Origin: Squalus acanthias
Lineage: Eukaryota
Assembly (NCBI GenBank): GCA_030390025.1
Contig: JASTWF010000335.1
Coordinates: 124,001-188,000 of the forward strand
Direction: 5' to 3'
DNA: 64,000 nucleotides
Part shown: piece after piece, positions 1-15,400 of the stretch
How positions within the stretch are numbered: the stretch's first letter is position 1
Layout of the letters: each line of letters starts with the position of its first letter
Translations under genes and position numbers: made by a program
The notes under the pieces: generated by a model
Databases searched by the model: none
Seen by the model: only the letters and a program-made list of their open reading frames with translations
Told to the model about the DNA's origin: nothing

Positions 1-437
1 AGAGATTGGGTCAATTAGGCTTATATTGGCTAGAGTTCAGAAGAATGAGAGGGGATCACATTGAAATTTATAAAATTCTAACAGGACTAGACAGACTAGA
101 TGCAGGAAGGATGTTCCCGATGGCGGGGTGTCCAGAACCAGAGGTCACAGTCTAAGGATAAGGGGTAAGCCATTTAGGACTGAGATAAGGAGGAATTTCT
201 TCACCCAAAGAGTGGTGAACCTATGGAATTCCTACCACAGAAGGTAGTTGAGGCCAATTCATTAAATAGATTCAAGAAGGAGTTGGATATATTTCTTAAA
301 GCTAAAGGAATCAAGGGATATGCGGAGAAGGCGGGACAGGGTACTGAATTTGGATGATCAGCCATGATCGCGTTAAATGGCGGAACAGGCTCGAAGGGCC
401 GAATGGCCTACTCCTGCTCCTATCTTCTATGTTTCTA
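1..437 (+). mobile_element. 3' end of CR1-clade LINE (HER1-like): ORF2 C-terminus plus 3' UTR, cut by the window edge
   Basis: Encodes ...LEFRRMRGD...FFTQRVVNLWN-type C-terminus. Has the typical 3' UTR (gatcagccatgatc...ggccgaatggcctactcctgctcc) and ends in a ttctatgtttcta tail. Closely similar to 55363-55815 and 57840-58283. Confidence 0.92.
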
Positions 438-3400
438 TTAGATCAGTATCTCTCTATGGTGTGTCTCTCTCTAGATTAGATCAGTATCTCTCTATGGTGT
501 GTCTCTCTCTAGATTAGATCAGTATCTCTAAGGTGTGTCTCTCTCTAGATTAGATCAGTATCTCTCTATGGTGTGTCTCTCTCTAGATTAGATCAGTATC
601 TCTACGGTGTGTCTCTCTCCAGATTAGATCAGTGTCACTCTATGGTGTTTCACTCTCTAGATTAGATCAGTATCTCTCTATGGTGTGTCACTCTCCAGAT
701 GAGATCAGTATCTCTCTATGGTGTTTCACTCTCTAGATTAGATCAGTATCTCTATGGTGTGTCTCTCTCTAGATTAGATCAGTATCTCTCTATGGTGTGT
801 CACTCTCTAGATTAGATCAGAATCTCTCTATGGTGTGTCACTCTCTAGATTAGATCAGTATCTCTCTATGGTGTGTCACTCTCTAGATTAGATCAGTATC
901 TCTCTATGGTGTTTCACTCTCTAGATTAGATCAGTATCTCTCTATGGTGTGTCACTCTCTAGATTAGATCAGTATCTCTCTATGGTGTTTCACTCTCTAG
1001 ATTAGATCAGTATCTCTCTATGGTGTGTCACTCTCTAGATTAGATCAGTATCTCTATGATGTGTCACTCTCTAGATTAGATAGTTTCTCTCTATGGTGTG
1101 TCACTCTCTAGATTAGATCAGTATCTCTCTATGGTGTGTCACTCTCTAGATTAGATCAGTATCTCTCTATGGTGTGTCTCTCTCTAGATTAGATCAGTAT
1201 CTCTCTATGGTGTGTCACTCTCTAGATTAGATCAGTATCTCTCTATGGTGTGTCTCTCTCCAGATTAGATCAGAATCTCTCTATGATGTGTCACTCTCTA
1301 GATTAGATCAGTATCTCTCTATGGTGTGTCTCTCTCTAGATTAGATCAGTATCTCTCTATGGTGTGTCACTCTCTAGATTAGATCAGTATCTCTCTATGG
1401 TGTTTCTCTCTCTAGATTAGATCAGTATCTCTCTATGGTGTGTCACTCTCTAGATTAGATCAGTATCTCTCTATGGTGTTTCACTCTCTAGATTAGATCA
1501 GTAACTCTCTATGGTGTGTCTCTCTCTAGATTAGATCAGTATCTCTCTATGGTGTTTCACTCTCTAGATTAGATCAGTATCTCTCTATGGTGTTTCACTC
1601 TCTAGATTAGATCAGTATCTCTCTATGGTGTGTCACTCTCTAGATTAGATCAGTATCTCTATGGTGTGTCTCTCTCTAGATTAGATCAGTATCTCTCTAT
1701 GGTGTGTCACTCTCTAGATTAGATCAGTATCTCTCTATGGTGTGTCACTCTCTAGATTAGATCAGTATCTCTCTATGATGTTTCACTCTCTAGATTAGAT
1801 CAGCGTCTCTCTATGGTGTGTCACTCTCTAGATCAGATCAGTATCTCTCTATGGTGTGTCACTCTCTAGATTAGATCAGTATCTCTCTATGGTGTGTCAC
1901 TCTCTAGATTAGATCAGTATCTCTCTATGGTGTGTCACTCTCTAGATTAGATCAGTATCTCTCTATGGTGTGTCACTCTCTAGATTAGATCAGTGTCTCT
2001 ATGGTGTGTCACTCTCTAGATTAGATCAGTATCCCGCTGGTGTTTCACACTCTAGATTAGATCAGTATCTCTCTATGGTGTGTCTCTCTCTAGATTAGAT
2101 CAGTATCTCTCTATGGTGTGTCACTCTCTAGATTAGATCAGTATCTCTATGGTGTGTCTCTCTCTAGATTAGATCAGTATCTCTCTATGGTGTTTCACTT
2201 TCTAGATTAGATCAGTAACTCTCTATGGTGTGTCACTCTCTAGATTAGATCAGTATCTCTCTATGGTGTGTCACTCTCTATATTAGATCAGTATCTCTAT
2301 GATGTCTCACTCTCTATATTAGATCAGTATCTCTCTATGGTGTGTCACTCTCTAGATTAGATCAGTATCTCTCTATGGTGTGTCACTCGCTCGATTAGAT
2401 CAGTATCTCTCTATGGTGTGTCACTCTCTCGATTAGATCAGTGTCTCTCTATGGTGTGTCACTCTCTAGATTAGATCAGAATCTCTCTATGGTGTGTCAC
2501 TCTCTAGATTAGATCAGTATCTCTCTATGGTGTGTCACTCGCTCGATTAGATCAGTATCTCTCTATGGTGTGTCACTCTCTCGATTAGATCAGTGTCTCT
2601 CTATGGTGTGTCACTCTCTAGATTAGATCAGTATCTCTCTATGGTGTGTCACTCTCTAGATTAGATCAGTATCTCTATGGTGTGTCACTCTCTAGATTAG
2701 ATCAGTATCTCTCTATGGTGTGTCACTCTCTAGATTAGATCAGTATCTCTCTATGGTGTGTCACTCTCTAGATTAGATCAGGATCTCTCTATGATGTTTC
2801 ACTCTCTAGATTAGATCAGTATCTCTCTATGATGTTTCACTCTCTAGATTAGATCAGTATCTCTATGGTGTGTCTCTCTCTAGATTAGATCAGTATCTCT
2901 CTATGGTGTTTCACTCTCTAGATTAGATCAGTATCTCTCTATGGTGTGTCACTCTCTAGATTAGATCAGAATCTCTCTATGGTCTGTCACTCTCTAGATT
3001 AGATCAGTATCTCTCTATGGTGTGTCACTCTCTAGATTAGATCAGTATCTCTCTATGGTGTTTCACTCTCTAGATTAGATCAGTATCTCTCTATGGTGTG
3101 TCACTCTCTAGATTAGATCAGTATCTCTCTATGGTGTTTCACTCTCTAGATTAGATCAGTATCTCTCTATGGTGTGTCACTCTCTAGATTAGATCAGTAT
3201 CTCTATGATGTGTCACTCTCTAGATTAGATCAGTATCTCTCTATGGTGTTTCACTCTCTAGATTAGATAGTTTCTCTCTATGGTGTGTCACTCTCTAGAT
3301 TAGATCAGTATCTCTCTATGGTGTGTCACTGTCTAGATTAGAACAATATCTCTCTATGATGTTTCACTCTCTAGATTAGATCAGTATCTCTATGGTGTTT

Positions 3401-6400
3401 CACTCTCTAGATTAGATCAGTATCTCTCTATGGTGTGTATCTCTAGATTAGATCAGTATCTCTCTATGGTGTGTCTCTCTCTAGATTAGATCAGTATCTC
3501 TCTATGGTGTGTCACTCTCTAGATTAGATCAGTATCTCTCTATGGTGTGTCTCTCTCTAGATTAGATCAGTATCTCTCTATGATGTGTCACTCTCTAGAT
3601 TAGATCAGTATCTCTCTATGGTGTGTCTCTCTAGATTAGATCAGTATCTCTCTATGGTGTGTCACTCTCTAGATTAGATCAGTATCTCTCTATGGTGTGT
3701 CTCTCTCTAGATTAGATCAGTATCTCTCTATGGTGTGTCACTCTCTAGATTAGATCAGTATCTCTCTATGGTGTGTCACTCTCTAGATTAGATCAGTATC
3801 TCTCTATGGTGTGTCACTCTCTAGATTAGATCAGTATCTCTCTATGGTGTGTCACTCTCTAGATTAGATCAGTATCTCTCTATGGTGTTTCACTCTCTAG
3901 ATTAGATCAGTATCTCTCTATGGTGTGTCACTCTCTAGATTAGATCAGTATCTCTCTATGGTGTGTCTCTCTCTAGATTAGATCAGTATCTCTCTATGGT
4001 GTGTCACTCTCTAGATTAGATCAGTATCTCTCTATGGTGTGTCACTCTCTAGATTAGATCAGTATCTCTCTATGATGTTTCACTCTCTAGATTAGATCAG
4101 CGTCTCTCTATGGTGTGTCACTCTCTAGATTAGATCAGTATCTCTCTATGGTGTGTCACTCTCTAGATTAGATCAGTATCTCTCTATGGTGTGTCACTCT
4201 CTAGATTAGATCAGTATCTCTCTATGGTGTGTCACTCTCTAGATTAGATCAGTATCTCTCTATGGTGTGTCACTCTCTAGATTAGATCAGTATCTCTATG
4301 GTGTGTCACTCTCTAGATTAGATCAGTATCTCCGCTGGTGTGTCACACTCTAGATTAGATCAGTATCTCTCTATGGTGTGTCTCTCTCTAGATTAGATCA
4401 GTATCTCTCTATGGTGTGTCACTCTCTAGATTAGATCAGTATCTCTATGGTGTGTCTCTCTCTAGATTAGATCAGTATCTCTCTATGGTGTTTCACTTCT
4501 AGATTAGATCAGTATCTCTCTATGGTGTGTCACTCTCTAGATTAGATCAGTATCTCTCTATGGTGTGTCACTCTCTATATTAGATCAGTATCTCTATGAT
4601 GTCTCACTCTCTATATTAGATCAGTATCTCTCTATGGTGTGTCACTCTCTAGATTAGATCAGTATCTCTCTATGGTGTGTCACTCTCTAGATTAGATCAG
4701 TATCTCTCTATGGTGTGTCACTCTCTCGATTAGATCAGTGTCTCTCTATGGTGTGTCACTCTCTAGATTAGATCAGAATCTCTCTATGGTGTGTCACTCT
4801 CTAGATTAGATCAGTATCTCTCTATGGTGTGTCACTCGCTCGATTAGATCAGTATCTCTCTATGGTGTGTCACTCTCTCGATTAGATCAGTGTCTCTCTA
4901 TGGTGTGTCACTCTCTAGATTAGATCAGTATCTCTCTATGGTGTGTCACTCTCTAGATTAGATCAGTATCTCTATGGTGTGTCACTCTCTAGATTAGATC
5001 AGTATCTCTCTATGGTGTGTCACTCTCTAGATTAGATCAGTATCTCTCTATGGTGTGTCACTCTCTAGATTAGATCAGTATCTCTCTATGATGTTTCACT
5101 CTCTAGATTAGATCAGTATCTCTCTATGATGTTTCACTCTCTAGATTAGATCAGTATCTCTATGGTGTGTCTCTCTCTAGATTAGATCAGTATCTCTCTA
5201 TGGTGTGTCACTCTCTAGATTAGATCAGTATCTCTCTATGGTGTGTCACTCTCTAGATTAGATCAGTATCTCTCTATGGTGTGTCACTCTCTAGATTAGA
5301 TCAGAATCTCTCTATGGTGTGTCACTCTCTAGATTAGATCAGTATCTCTCTATGGTGTGTCACTCTCTAGATTAGATCAGTATCTCTCTATGGTGTGTCA
5401 CTCTCTAGATTAGATCAGTATCTCTCTATGGTGTGTCACTCTCTAGATTAGATCAGTATCTCTCTATGGTGTGTCACTCTCTAGATTAGATCAGTATCTC
5501 TCTATGGTGTGTCACTCTCTAGATTAGATCAGTATCTCTTATGGTGTGTCACTCCTCTAGATTAGATCCGTATCTCTCTATGGTGTGTCACTCTCTAGAT
5601 TAGATTCAGTGTCTCTTATGGTGTGTCACTCTCTCTAGATTAGATCAGTATTCCCGCTGGTGTTTCACACTCTAGATTAGATCAGTATCTCTCTATGGTG
5701 TGTCTCTCTCTAGATTAGATCAGTATCTCTCTATGGTGTGTTCACTCTTGATAGATTAGATCAGTATCTCTATGGTGTGTCTCTTCTCGATTAGATCAGT
5801 ATCTCTCTATGGTGTTTCACTTTCTTGATTAGATCAGTAACTCTCTATGGTTAGTGGTCCTTCTCTAGATTAGATCAGTATAGTCTCTATGGTCTTGTGT
5901 CACTCTCTATATTAGATCAGTTCTCTATGATGTCTCACTCTCTATATTTGTCAGTATCTCTCTTGGTGTGTCACTATCTAGATAGATCAGTATTCTCTAT
6001 GGTGTGTCACTCGCTCGCTGAGATCAGTATCTCTCTAGGGTTGTGTCACTCCTCTCGATTAGATCAGTGTCTCTATATGGGTGTGTCACTCTCTAGAATA
6101 GATCAGAATCTCTCTATGGTGTGTCACTCTCGAGTTTAGATCCAGTATCTCTCTATGGTGTGTCACTCGCTCGATTAGATCAGTATCTCTCTATGGTGTG
6201 TCACTCTTCGTATTAGATCAGTGTCTCTCTATGGTGTGTCACTCTCTAATAGTTCAGTATCTCTCTATGGTGTGTCACTCTCTAGATTAGATCAGTATCT
6301 CTATGTGTGTCACTCTCTAGATTAGATCAGTATCTCTCTATGGTGTTTCACTCTCTAGACTTAGATCAGTATCTCTCTATGGTGTGTCACTCTCTAGTTT

Positions 6401-9400
6401 AGATCAGTATCTCTCTATGGTGTGTCACTGCTCTAGATTAGAACAGTATCTCTCTATGTGTTTCACTCTCTAGATTAGATCAGTATCTCTATGGTGTTTC
6501 ACTCTCTAGATTAGATCAGTATCTCTCTATGGTGTGTATCTCTAGATTAGATCAGTATCTCTCTATGGTGTGTCTCTCTCTAGATTAGATCAGTATCTCT
6601 CTATGGTGTGTCACTCTCTAGATTAGATCAGTATCTCTCTATGGTGTGTCTCTCTCTAGATTAGATCAGAATCTCTCTATGTGTGTCACTCTCTAGATTA
6701 GATCAGTATCTCTCTATGGTGTGTCACTCTCTAGATTAGATCAGTATCTCTATGGTGTGTCACTCTCTAGATTAGATCAGTATCTCTCTATGGTGTTTCT
6801 CTCTCTAGATTAGATCAGTATCTCTCTATGGTGTGTCACTCTCTAGATTAGATCAGTATCTCTCTATGGTGTGTCACTCTCTAGGATTAGATCAGTATCT
6901 CTCTATGGTGTGTCTCTCTCTAGATTAGATCAGTATCTCTCTATGGTGTTTCACTCTCTAGATTAGATCAGTATCTCTCTATGGTGTTTCACTCTCTAGA
7001 TTAGATCAGTATCTCTCTATGGTGTGTCACTCTCTAGATTAGATCAGTATCTCTATGGTGTGTCACTCTCTAGATTAGATCAGTATCTCTCTATGGTGTG
7101 TCACTCTCTAGATTAGATCAGTATCTCTCTATGGTGTGTCACTCTCTAGATTAGATCAGTATCTCTCTATGGTGTGTCACTCTCTAGATTAGATCAGAGT
7201 CTCTCTATGGTGTGTCACTCTCTAGATTAGATCAGTATCTCTCTATGGTGTGTCACTCTCTAGATTAGATCAGTATCTCTCTATGGTGTGTCACTCTCTA
7301 GATTAGATCAGTATCTCTCTATGGTGTGTCACTCTCTAGATTAGATCAGTATCTCTCTATGGTGTGTCACTCTCTAGATTAGATCAGTATCTCTCTATGG
7401 TGTGTCACTCTCTAGATTAGATCAGTATCTCTCTATGGTGTGTCACTCTCTAGATTAGATCAGTATCTCTCTATGGTGTGTCACTCTCTAGATTAGATCA
7501 GTATCTCTCTATGGTGTGTCACTCTCTAGATTAGATCAGTATCTCTCTATGGTGTGTCACTCTCTAGATTAGATCAGTATCTCTCTATGGTGTTTCACTC
7601 TCTAGATTAGATCAGTATCTCTCTATGGTGTGTCACTCTCTAGATTAGATCAGTATCTCTCTATGGTGTGTCACTCTCTAGATTAGATCAGTATCTCTCT
7701 ATGGTGTGTCACTCTCTAGATTAGATCAGTATCTCTCTATGGTGTGTCACTCTCTAGATTAGATCAGTATCTCTCTATGGTGTGTCACTCTCTAGATTAG
7801 ATCAGTATCTCTCTATGGTGTGTCACTCTCTAGATTAGATCAGTATCTCTCTATGGTGTGTCACTCTCTAGATTAGATCAGAATCTCTCTATGGTGTGTC
7901 ACTCTCTAGATTAGATCAGTATCTCTCTATGGTGTGTCACTCTCTAGATTAGATCAGTATCTCTCTATGGTGTGTCACTCTCTAGATTAGATCAGTATCT
8001 CTCTATGGTGTGTCACTCTCTAGATTAGATCAGTATCTCTCTATGGTGTGTCACTCTCTAGATTAGATCAGTATCTCTATGGTGTGTCACTCTCTAGATT
8101 AGATCAGTATCTCTCTATGGTGTGTCACTCTCTAGATTAGATCAGTATCTCTCTATGGTGTGTCACTCTCTAGATTAGATCAGTATCTCTCTATGGTGTG
8201 TCACTCTCTAGATTAGATCAGTATCTCTCTATGGTGTTTCACTCTCTAGATTAGATCAGTATCTCTCTATGGTGTGTCACTCTCTAGATTAGATCAGTAT
8301 CTCTCTATGGTGTGTCACTCTCTAGATTAGATCAGTATCTCTCTATGGTGTGTCACTCTCTAGATTAGATCAGTATCTCTCTATGGTGTGTCACTCTCTA
8401 GATTAGATCAGTATCTCTCTATGGTGTGTCACTCTCTAGATTAGATCAGTATCTCTCTATGGTGTGTCACTCTCTAGATTAGATCAGTATCTCTCTATGG
8501 TGTGTCACTCTCTAGATTAGATCAGTATCTCTCTATGGTGTGTCACTCTCTAGATTAGATCAGTATCTCTCTATGGTGTGTCACTCTCTAGATTAGATCA
8601 GTATCTCTCTATGGTGTGTCACTCTCTAGATTAGATCAGTATCTCTCTATGGTGTGTCACTCTCTAGATTAGATCAGTATCTCTCTATGGTGTGTCACTC
8701 TCTAGATTAGATCAGTATCTCTCTATGGTGTGTCACTCTCTAGATTAGATCAGTATCTCTCTATGGTGTGTCACTCTCTAGATTAGATCAGTATCTCTAT
8801 GGTGTGTCACTCTCTAGATTAGATCAGTATCTCTCTATGGTGTGTCACTCTCTAGATTAGATCAGTATCTCTCTATGGTGTGTCACTCTCTAGATTAGAT
8901 CAGTATCTCTCTATGGTGTGTCACTCTCTAGATTAGATCAGTATCTCTCTATGGTGTGTCTCTCTCTAGATTAGATCAGAATCTCTCTATGATGTGTCAC
9001 TCTCTAGATTAGATCAGTATCTCTCTATGGTGTGTCACTCTCTAGATTAGATCAGTATCTCTCTATGGTGTGTCACTCTCTAGATTAGATCAGTATCTCT
9101 CTATGGTGTTTCACTCTCTAGATTAGATCAGTATCTCTCTATGGTGTGTCACTCTCTAGATTAGATCAGTATCTCTCTATGGTGTTCACTCTCTAGATTA
9201 GATCAGTAACTCTCTATGGTGTGTCTCTCTCTAGATTAGATCAGTATCTCTCTATGGTGTTTCACTCTCTAGATTAGATCAGTATCTCTCTATGGTGTTT
9301 CACTCTCTAGATTAGATCAGTATCTCTCTATGGTGTGTCACTCTCTAGATTAGATCAGTATCTCTATGGTGTGTCACTCTCTAGATTAGATCAGTATCTC

Positions 9401-12400
9401 TCTATGGTGTGTCACTCTCTAGATTAGATCAGTATCTCTCTATGGTGTGTCACTCTCTAGATTAGATCAGTATCTCTCTATGGTGTGTCACTCTCTAGAT
9501 TAGATCAGTATCTCTATGGTGTGTCACTCTCTAGATTAGATCAGTATCTCTCTATGGTGTGTCACTCTCTAGATTAGATCAGTATCTCTCTATGGTGTGT
9601 CACTCTCTAGATTAGATCAGTATCTCTCTATGGTGTGTCACTCTCTAGATTAGATCAGTATCTCTCTATGGTGTGTCACTCTCTAGATTAGATCAGTATC
9701 TCTCTATGGTGTGTCACTCTCTAGATTAGATCAGTATCTCTCTATGGTGTGTCACTCTCTAGATTAGATCAGTATCTCTCTATGGTGTGTCACTCTCTAG
9801 ATTAGATCAGTATCTCTCTATGGTGTGTCACTCTCTAGATTAGATCAGTATCTCTCTATGGTGTGTCACTCTCTAGATTAGATCAGTATCTCTCTATGGT
9901 GTGTCACTCTCTAGATTAGATCAGTATCTCTCTATGGTGTGTCACTCTCTAGATTAGATCAGTATCTCTCTATGGTGTGTCACTCTCTAGATTAGATCAG
10001 TATCTCTCTATGATGTGTCACTCTCTAGATTAGATCAGTATCTCTCTATGGTGTGTCACTCTCTAGATTAGATCAGTATCTCTCTATGGTGTGTCACTCT
10101 CTAGATTAGATCAGTATCTCTCTATGGTGTGTCACTCTCTAGATTAGATCAGTATCTCTCTATGTTGTGTCACTCTCTAGATTAGATCAGTATCTCTCTA
10201 TGTGTGTCACTCTCTAGATTAGATCAGTATCTCTCTATGGTGTGTCACTCTCTAGATTAGATCAGTATCTCTCTATGGTGTGTCACTCTCTAGATTAGAT
10301 CAGTATCTCTCTATGGTGTGTCACTCTCTAGATTAGATCAGTATCTCTCTATGGTGTGTCACTCTCTAGATTAGATCAGTATCTCTCTATGGTGTGTCAC
10401 TCTCTAGATTAGATCAGTATCTCTCTATGGTGTGTCACTCTCTAGATTAGATCAGTATCTCTCTATGGTGTGTCACTCTCTAGATTAGATCAGTATCTCT
10501 CTATGGTGTGTCACTCTCTAGATTAGATCAGTATCTCTCTATGGTGTTTCACTCTCTAGATTAGATCAGTATCTCTCTATGGTGTGTCACTCTCTAGATT
10601 AGATCAGTATCTCTCTATGGTGTGTCACTCTCTAGATTAGATCAGTATCTCTCTATGGTGTGTCACTCTCTAGATTAGATCAGTATCTCTCTATGGTGTG
10701 TCACTCTCTAGATTAGATCAGTATCTCTCTATGGTGTGTCACTCTCTAGATTAGATCAGTATCTCTCTATGGTGTGTCACTCTCTAGATTAGATCAGTAT
10801 CTCTATGGTGTGTCACTCTCTAGATTAGATCAGTATCTCTCTATGGTGTGTCACTCTCTAGATTAGATCAGTATCTCTCTATGGTGTGTCACTCTCTAGA
10901 TTAGATCAGTATCTCTATGGTGTGTCACTCTCTAGATTAGATCAGTATCTCTCTATGGTGTGTCTCTCTCTAGATTAGATCAGTATCTCTCTGTGGTGTG
11001 TCACTCTCTAGATTAGATCAGTATCTCTCTATGGTGTGTCACTCTCTAGATTAGATCAGTATCTCTCTATGGTGTGTCACTCACTAGATTAGATCAGTAT
11101 CTCTATGGTGTTTCACTCTCTAGATTAGATCAGTATCTCTCTGATGTTTCACTCTCTAGATTAGATCAGTATCTCTCTATGATGTTTCACTCTCTAGATT
11201 AGATCAGTATCTCTCTATGGTGTGTCTCTCTCTAGATTAGATCAGTATCTCTCTATGGTGTGTCACTCTCTAGATTAGATCAGTATCTCTCTATGGTGTG
11301 TCACTCTCTAGATTAGATCAGTATCTCTCTATGGTGTGTCACTCTCTAGATTAGATCAGTATCTCTCTATGGTGTGTCACTCTCTAGATTAGATCAGTAT
11401 CTCTCTATGGTGTGTCACTCTCTAGATTAGATCAGTATCTCTCTATGGTGTGTCACTCTCTAGATTAGATCAGTATCTCTCTATGGTGTGTCACTCTCTA
11501 GATTAGATCAGTATCTCTCTATGGTGTGTCACTCTCTAGATTAGATCAGTATCTCTCTATGGTGTGTCACTCTCTAGATTAGATCAGTATCTCTCTATGG
11601 TGTGTCACTCTCTAGATTAGATCAGTATCTCTCTATGGTGTGTCACTCTCTAGATTAGATCAGTATCTCTCTATGGTGTGTCACTCTCTAGATTAGATCA
11701 GTATCTCTCTATGGTGTGTCACTCTCTAGATTAGATCAGTATCTCTCTATGGTGTGTCACTCTCTAGATTAGATCAGTATCTCTCTATGGTGTGTCACTC
11801 TCTAGATTAGATCAGTATCTCTCTATGGTGTGTCACTCTCTAGATTAGATCAGTATCTCTCTATGGTGTGTCACTCTCTAGATTAGATCAGTATCTCTCT
11901 ATGGTGTGTCACTCTCTAGATTAGATCAGTATCTCTCTATGGTGTGTCTATCTCTAGATTAGATCAGTATCTCTCTATGGTGTGTCACTCTCTAGATTAG
12001 ATCAGTATCTCTCTATGGTGTGTCACTCTCTAGATTAGATCAGTATCTCTCTATGGTGTGTCACTCTCTAGATTAGATCAGTATCTCTCTATGGTGTTTC
12101 ACTCTCTAGATTAGATCAGTATCTCTCTATGGTGTGTCACTCTCTAGATTAGATCAGTATCTCTCTATGGTGTGTCACTCTCTAGATTAGATCAGTATCT
12201 CTCTATGGTGTGTCACTCTCTAGATTAGATCAGTATCTCTATGGTGTGTCACTCTCTAGATTAGATCAGTATCTCTATGGTGTGTCACTCTCTAGATTAG
12301 ATCAGTATCTCTCTATGGTGTGTCACTCTCTAGATTAGATCAGTATCTCTCTATGGTGTGTCACTCTCTAGATTAGATCAGTATCTCTCTATGGTGTGTC

Positions 12401-15400
12401 ACTCTCTAGATTAGATCAGTATCTCTCTATGATGTTTCACTCTCTAGATTAGATCAGTATCTCTTATGGTGTGTCACTCTCTAGATTAGATCAGTATCTC
12501 TCTATGGTGTGTCACTCTCTAGATAGATCAGACATCTCTCTATGGTGTGTCACTCTCTAGATAGATCAGTATCTCTCTATGGTGTGTCACTCTCTAGATT
12601 AGATCAGTATCTCTCTATGGTGTGTCACTCTCTAGATTAGATCAGTATCCTCTCTATGGTGTGTCACTCTCTAGATTAGATCAGTATCTCTCTATGGTGT
12701 GTCACTCTCTAGATTAGATCCAGTATCTCTCTATGGTGTGTCACTCTCTAGATTAGATCAGTACTCTCTATGGTGTGTCACTCTCTAGATTAGATCAGTA
12801 TCTCTCTATGGTGTGTCACTCTCTAGATTAGTACAGTATCTCTCTATGGTGTGTCACTCTCTAGATTAGATCAGTATCTCTCTATGGTGTGTCACTCTCT
12901 AGATTAGATCAGTATCTCTCTATGGTGTGTCCACTCTCTAGATTAGATCAGTATCTCTCTATGGTGTGTCACTCTTAGATTAGATCAGTATCTCCTCTAT
13001 GGTGTGTCACTCTCTAGATTAGATCAGTATCTCTCTATGGTGTGTCACTCTCTAGATTAGATCAGTATCTCTCTATGGTGTGTCACTCTCTAGATTAGAT
13101 CAGTATCTCTCTATGGTGTGTCACTCTCTAGATTAGATCAGTATCTCTCTATGGTGTGTCACTCTCTAGATTAGATCAGTATCTCTCTATGGTGTGTCAC
13201 TCTCTAGATTAGATCAGTATCTCTATGGTGTGTCACTCTCTAGATTAGATCAGTATCTCTCTATGGTGTGTCACTCTCTAGATTAGATCAGTATCTCTCT
13301 ATGGTGTTTCACTCTCTAGATTAGATCAGTATCTCTCTATGGTGTGTCACTCTCTAGATTAGATCAGTATCTCTCTATGGTGTGTCACTCTCTAGATTAG
13401 ATCAGTATCTCTCTATGGTGTGTCACTCTCTAGATTAGATCAGTATCTCTCTATGGTGTGTCACTCTCTAGATTAGATCAGTATCTCTCTATGGTGTGTC
13501 ACTCTCTAGATTAGATCAGTATCTCTCTATGGTGTGTCACTCTCTAGATTAGATCAGTATCTCTATGGTGTGTCACTCTCTAGATTAGATCAGTATCTCT
13601 CTATGGTGTGTCACTCTCTAGATTAGATCAGTATCTCTATGGTGTGTCACTCTCTAGATTAGATCAGTATCTCTCTATGGTGTGTCACTCTCTAGATTAG
13701 ATCAGTATCTCTCTATGGTGTGTCACTCTCTAGATTAGATCAGTATCTCTCTATGGTGTGTCACTCTCTAGATTAGATCAGTATCTCTCTATGGTGTGTC
13801 ACTCTCTAGATTAGATCAGTATCTCTCTATGGTGTGTCACTCTCTAGATTAGATCAGTATCTCTCTATGGTGTGTCACTCTCTAGATTAGATCAGTATCT
13901 CTCTATGGTGTGTCACTCTCTAGATTAGATCAGTATCTCTCTATGGTGTGTCACTCTCTAGATTAGATCAGTATCTCTCTATGGTGTGTCACTCTCTAGA
14001 TTAGATCAGTATCTCTCTATGGTGTGTCACTCTCTGATTAGATCAGTATCTCTATGGTGTGTCACTCTTCTAGATTAGATCAGTATCTCTCTATGGTGTG
14101 TCACTCTCTAGATTAGACAGTATCTCTCTATGGTGTGTCACTCTCTAGATAGATCAGTATCTCTCTATGGTGTGTCACTCTCTAGATTAGAATCAGTTTC
14201 TCTCTATGGTGTGTCACTCTCTAGATTAGATCAGTATTCTCTATGGTGTGTCCACTCTCTAGATAGATCAGTATCTCTCTATGGTGTGTCACTCTCTAGA
14301 TTAGATCAGTATCTCTCTATGGTGTGTCACTCTCTAGATTAGATCAGTATCTCTATGGTGTGTCACTCTCTAGATTAGATCAGTATCTCTATGTGTTGTC
14401 ACTCTCTAGATTAGCTCAGGTTCTCTCTGTGGTGGGTCACTCTCTAGATTAGATCAGTATCTCTCCTGGTGTGTCTCTCTCTAGATTAGACAGTATCTCT
14501 CTATGGTGTGTCACTCTCTAGATTAGATCAGTATCTCTCTATGGTGTGTCACTCTCTAGATTAGATCAGTATCTCTCTATGGTGTGTCTCTCTCTAGATT
14601 AGATCAGTATCTCTCTATGGTGTGTCACTCTCTAGATTAGATCAGTATCTCTCTATGGTGTGTCACTCTCTAGATTAGATCAGTATCTCTCTATGGTGTG
14701 TCACTCTCTAGATTAGATCAGTATCTCTCTATGGTGTGTCACTCTCTAGATTAGATCAGTATCTCTCTATGGTGTGTCACTCTCTAGATTAGATCAGTAT
14801 CTTCTCTATGGTGTGTCACTCTCTAGATTAGATCAGTATCTCTCTATGGTGTGTCACTCTCTAGATTAGATCAGTATCTCTCTATGGTGTGTCACTCTCT
14901 AGATTAGATCAGTATCTCTATGTGTGTCACTCTCTAGATTAGATCAGTATCTCTCTATGTGTGTCACTCTCTAGATTAGATCAGTATCTCTCTATGGTGT
15001 GTCACTCTCTAGATTAGATCAGTATCTCTCTATGGGTGTGTCACTCTCTAGATTAGATCAGTATCCTCTATGGTGTGTCACTCTCTTAGATTAGATCAGT
15101 ATCTCTCTATGGTGTGTCACTCTCTAGATTAGATCAGTATCTCTCTATGGTGTGTCACTCTCTAGATTAGATCAGTAACTCTCTATGGTGGTGTCACTCT
15201 CTAGATTAGATCAGTATCTCTCTATGGTGTGTCACTCTCTAGATTAGATCAGTATCTCTCTATGATGTTTCACTCTCTAGATTAGATCAGTATCTCTCTA
15301 TGGTGTGTCACTCTCTAGATTAGATCAGTATCTCTCTATGGTGTGTCACTCTCTAGATTAGATCAGTATCTCTCTATGGTGTGTCACTCTCTAGATTAGA

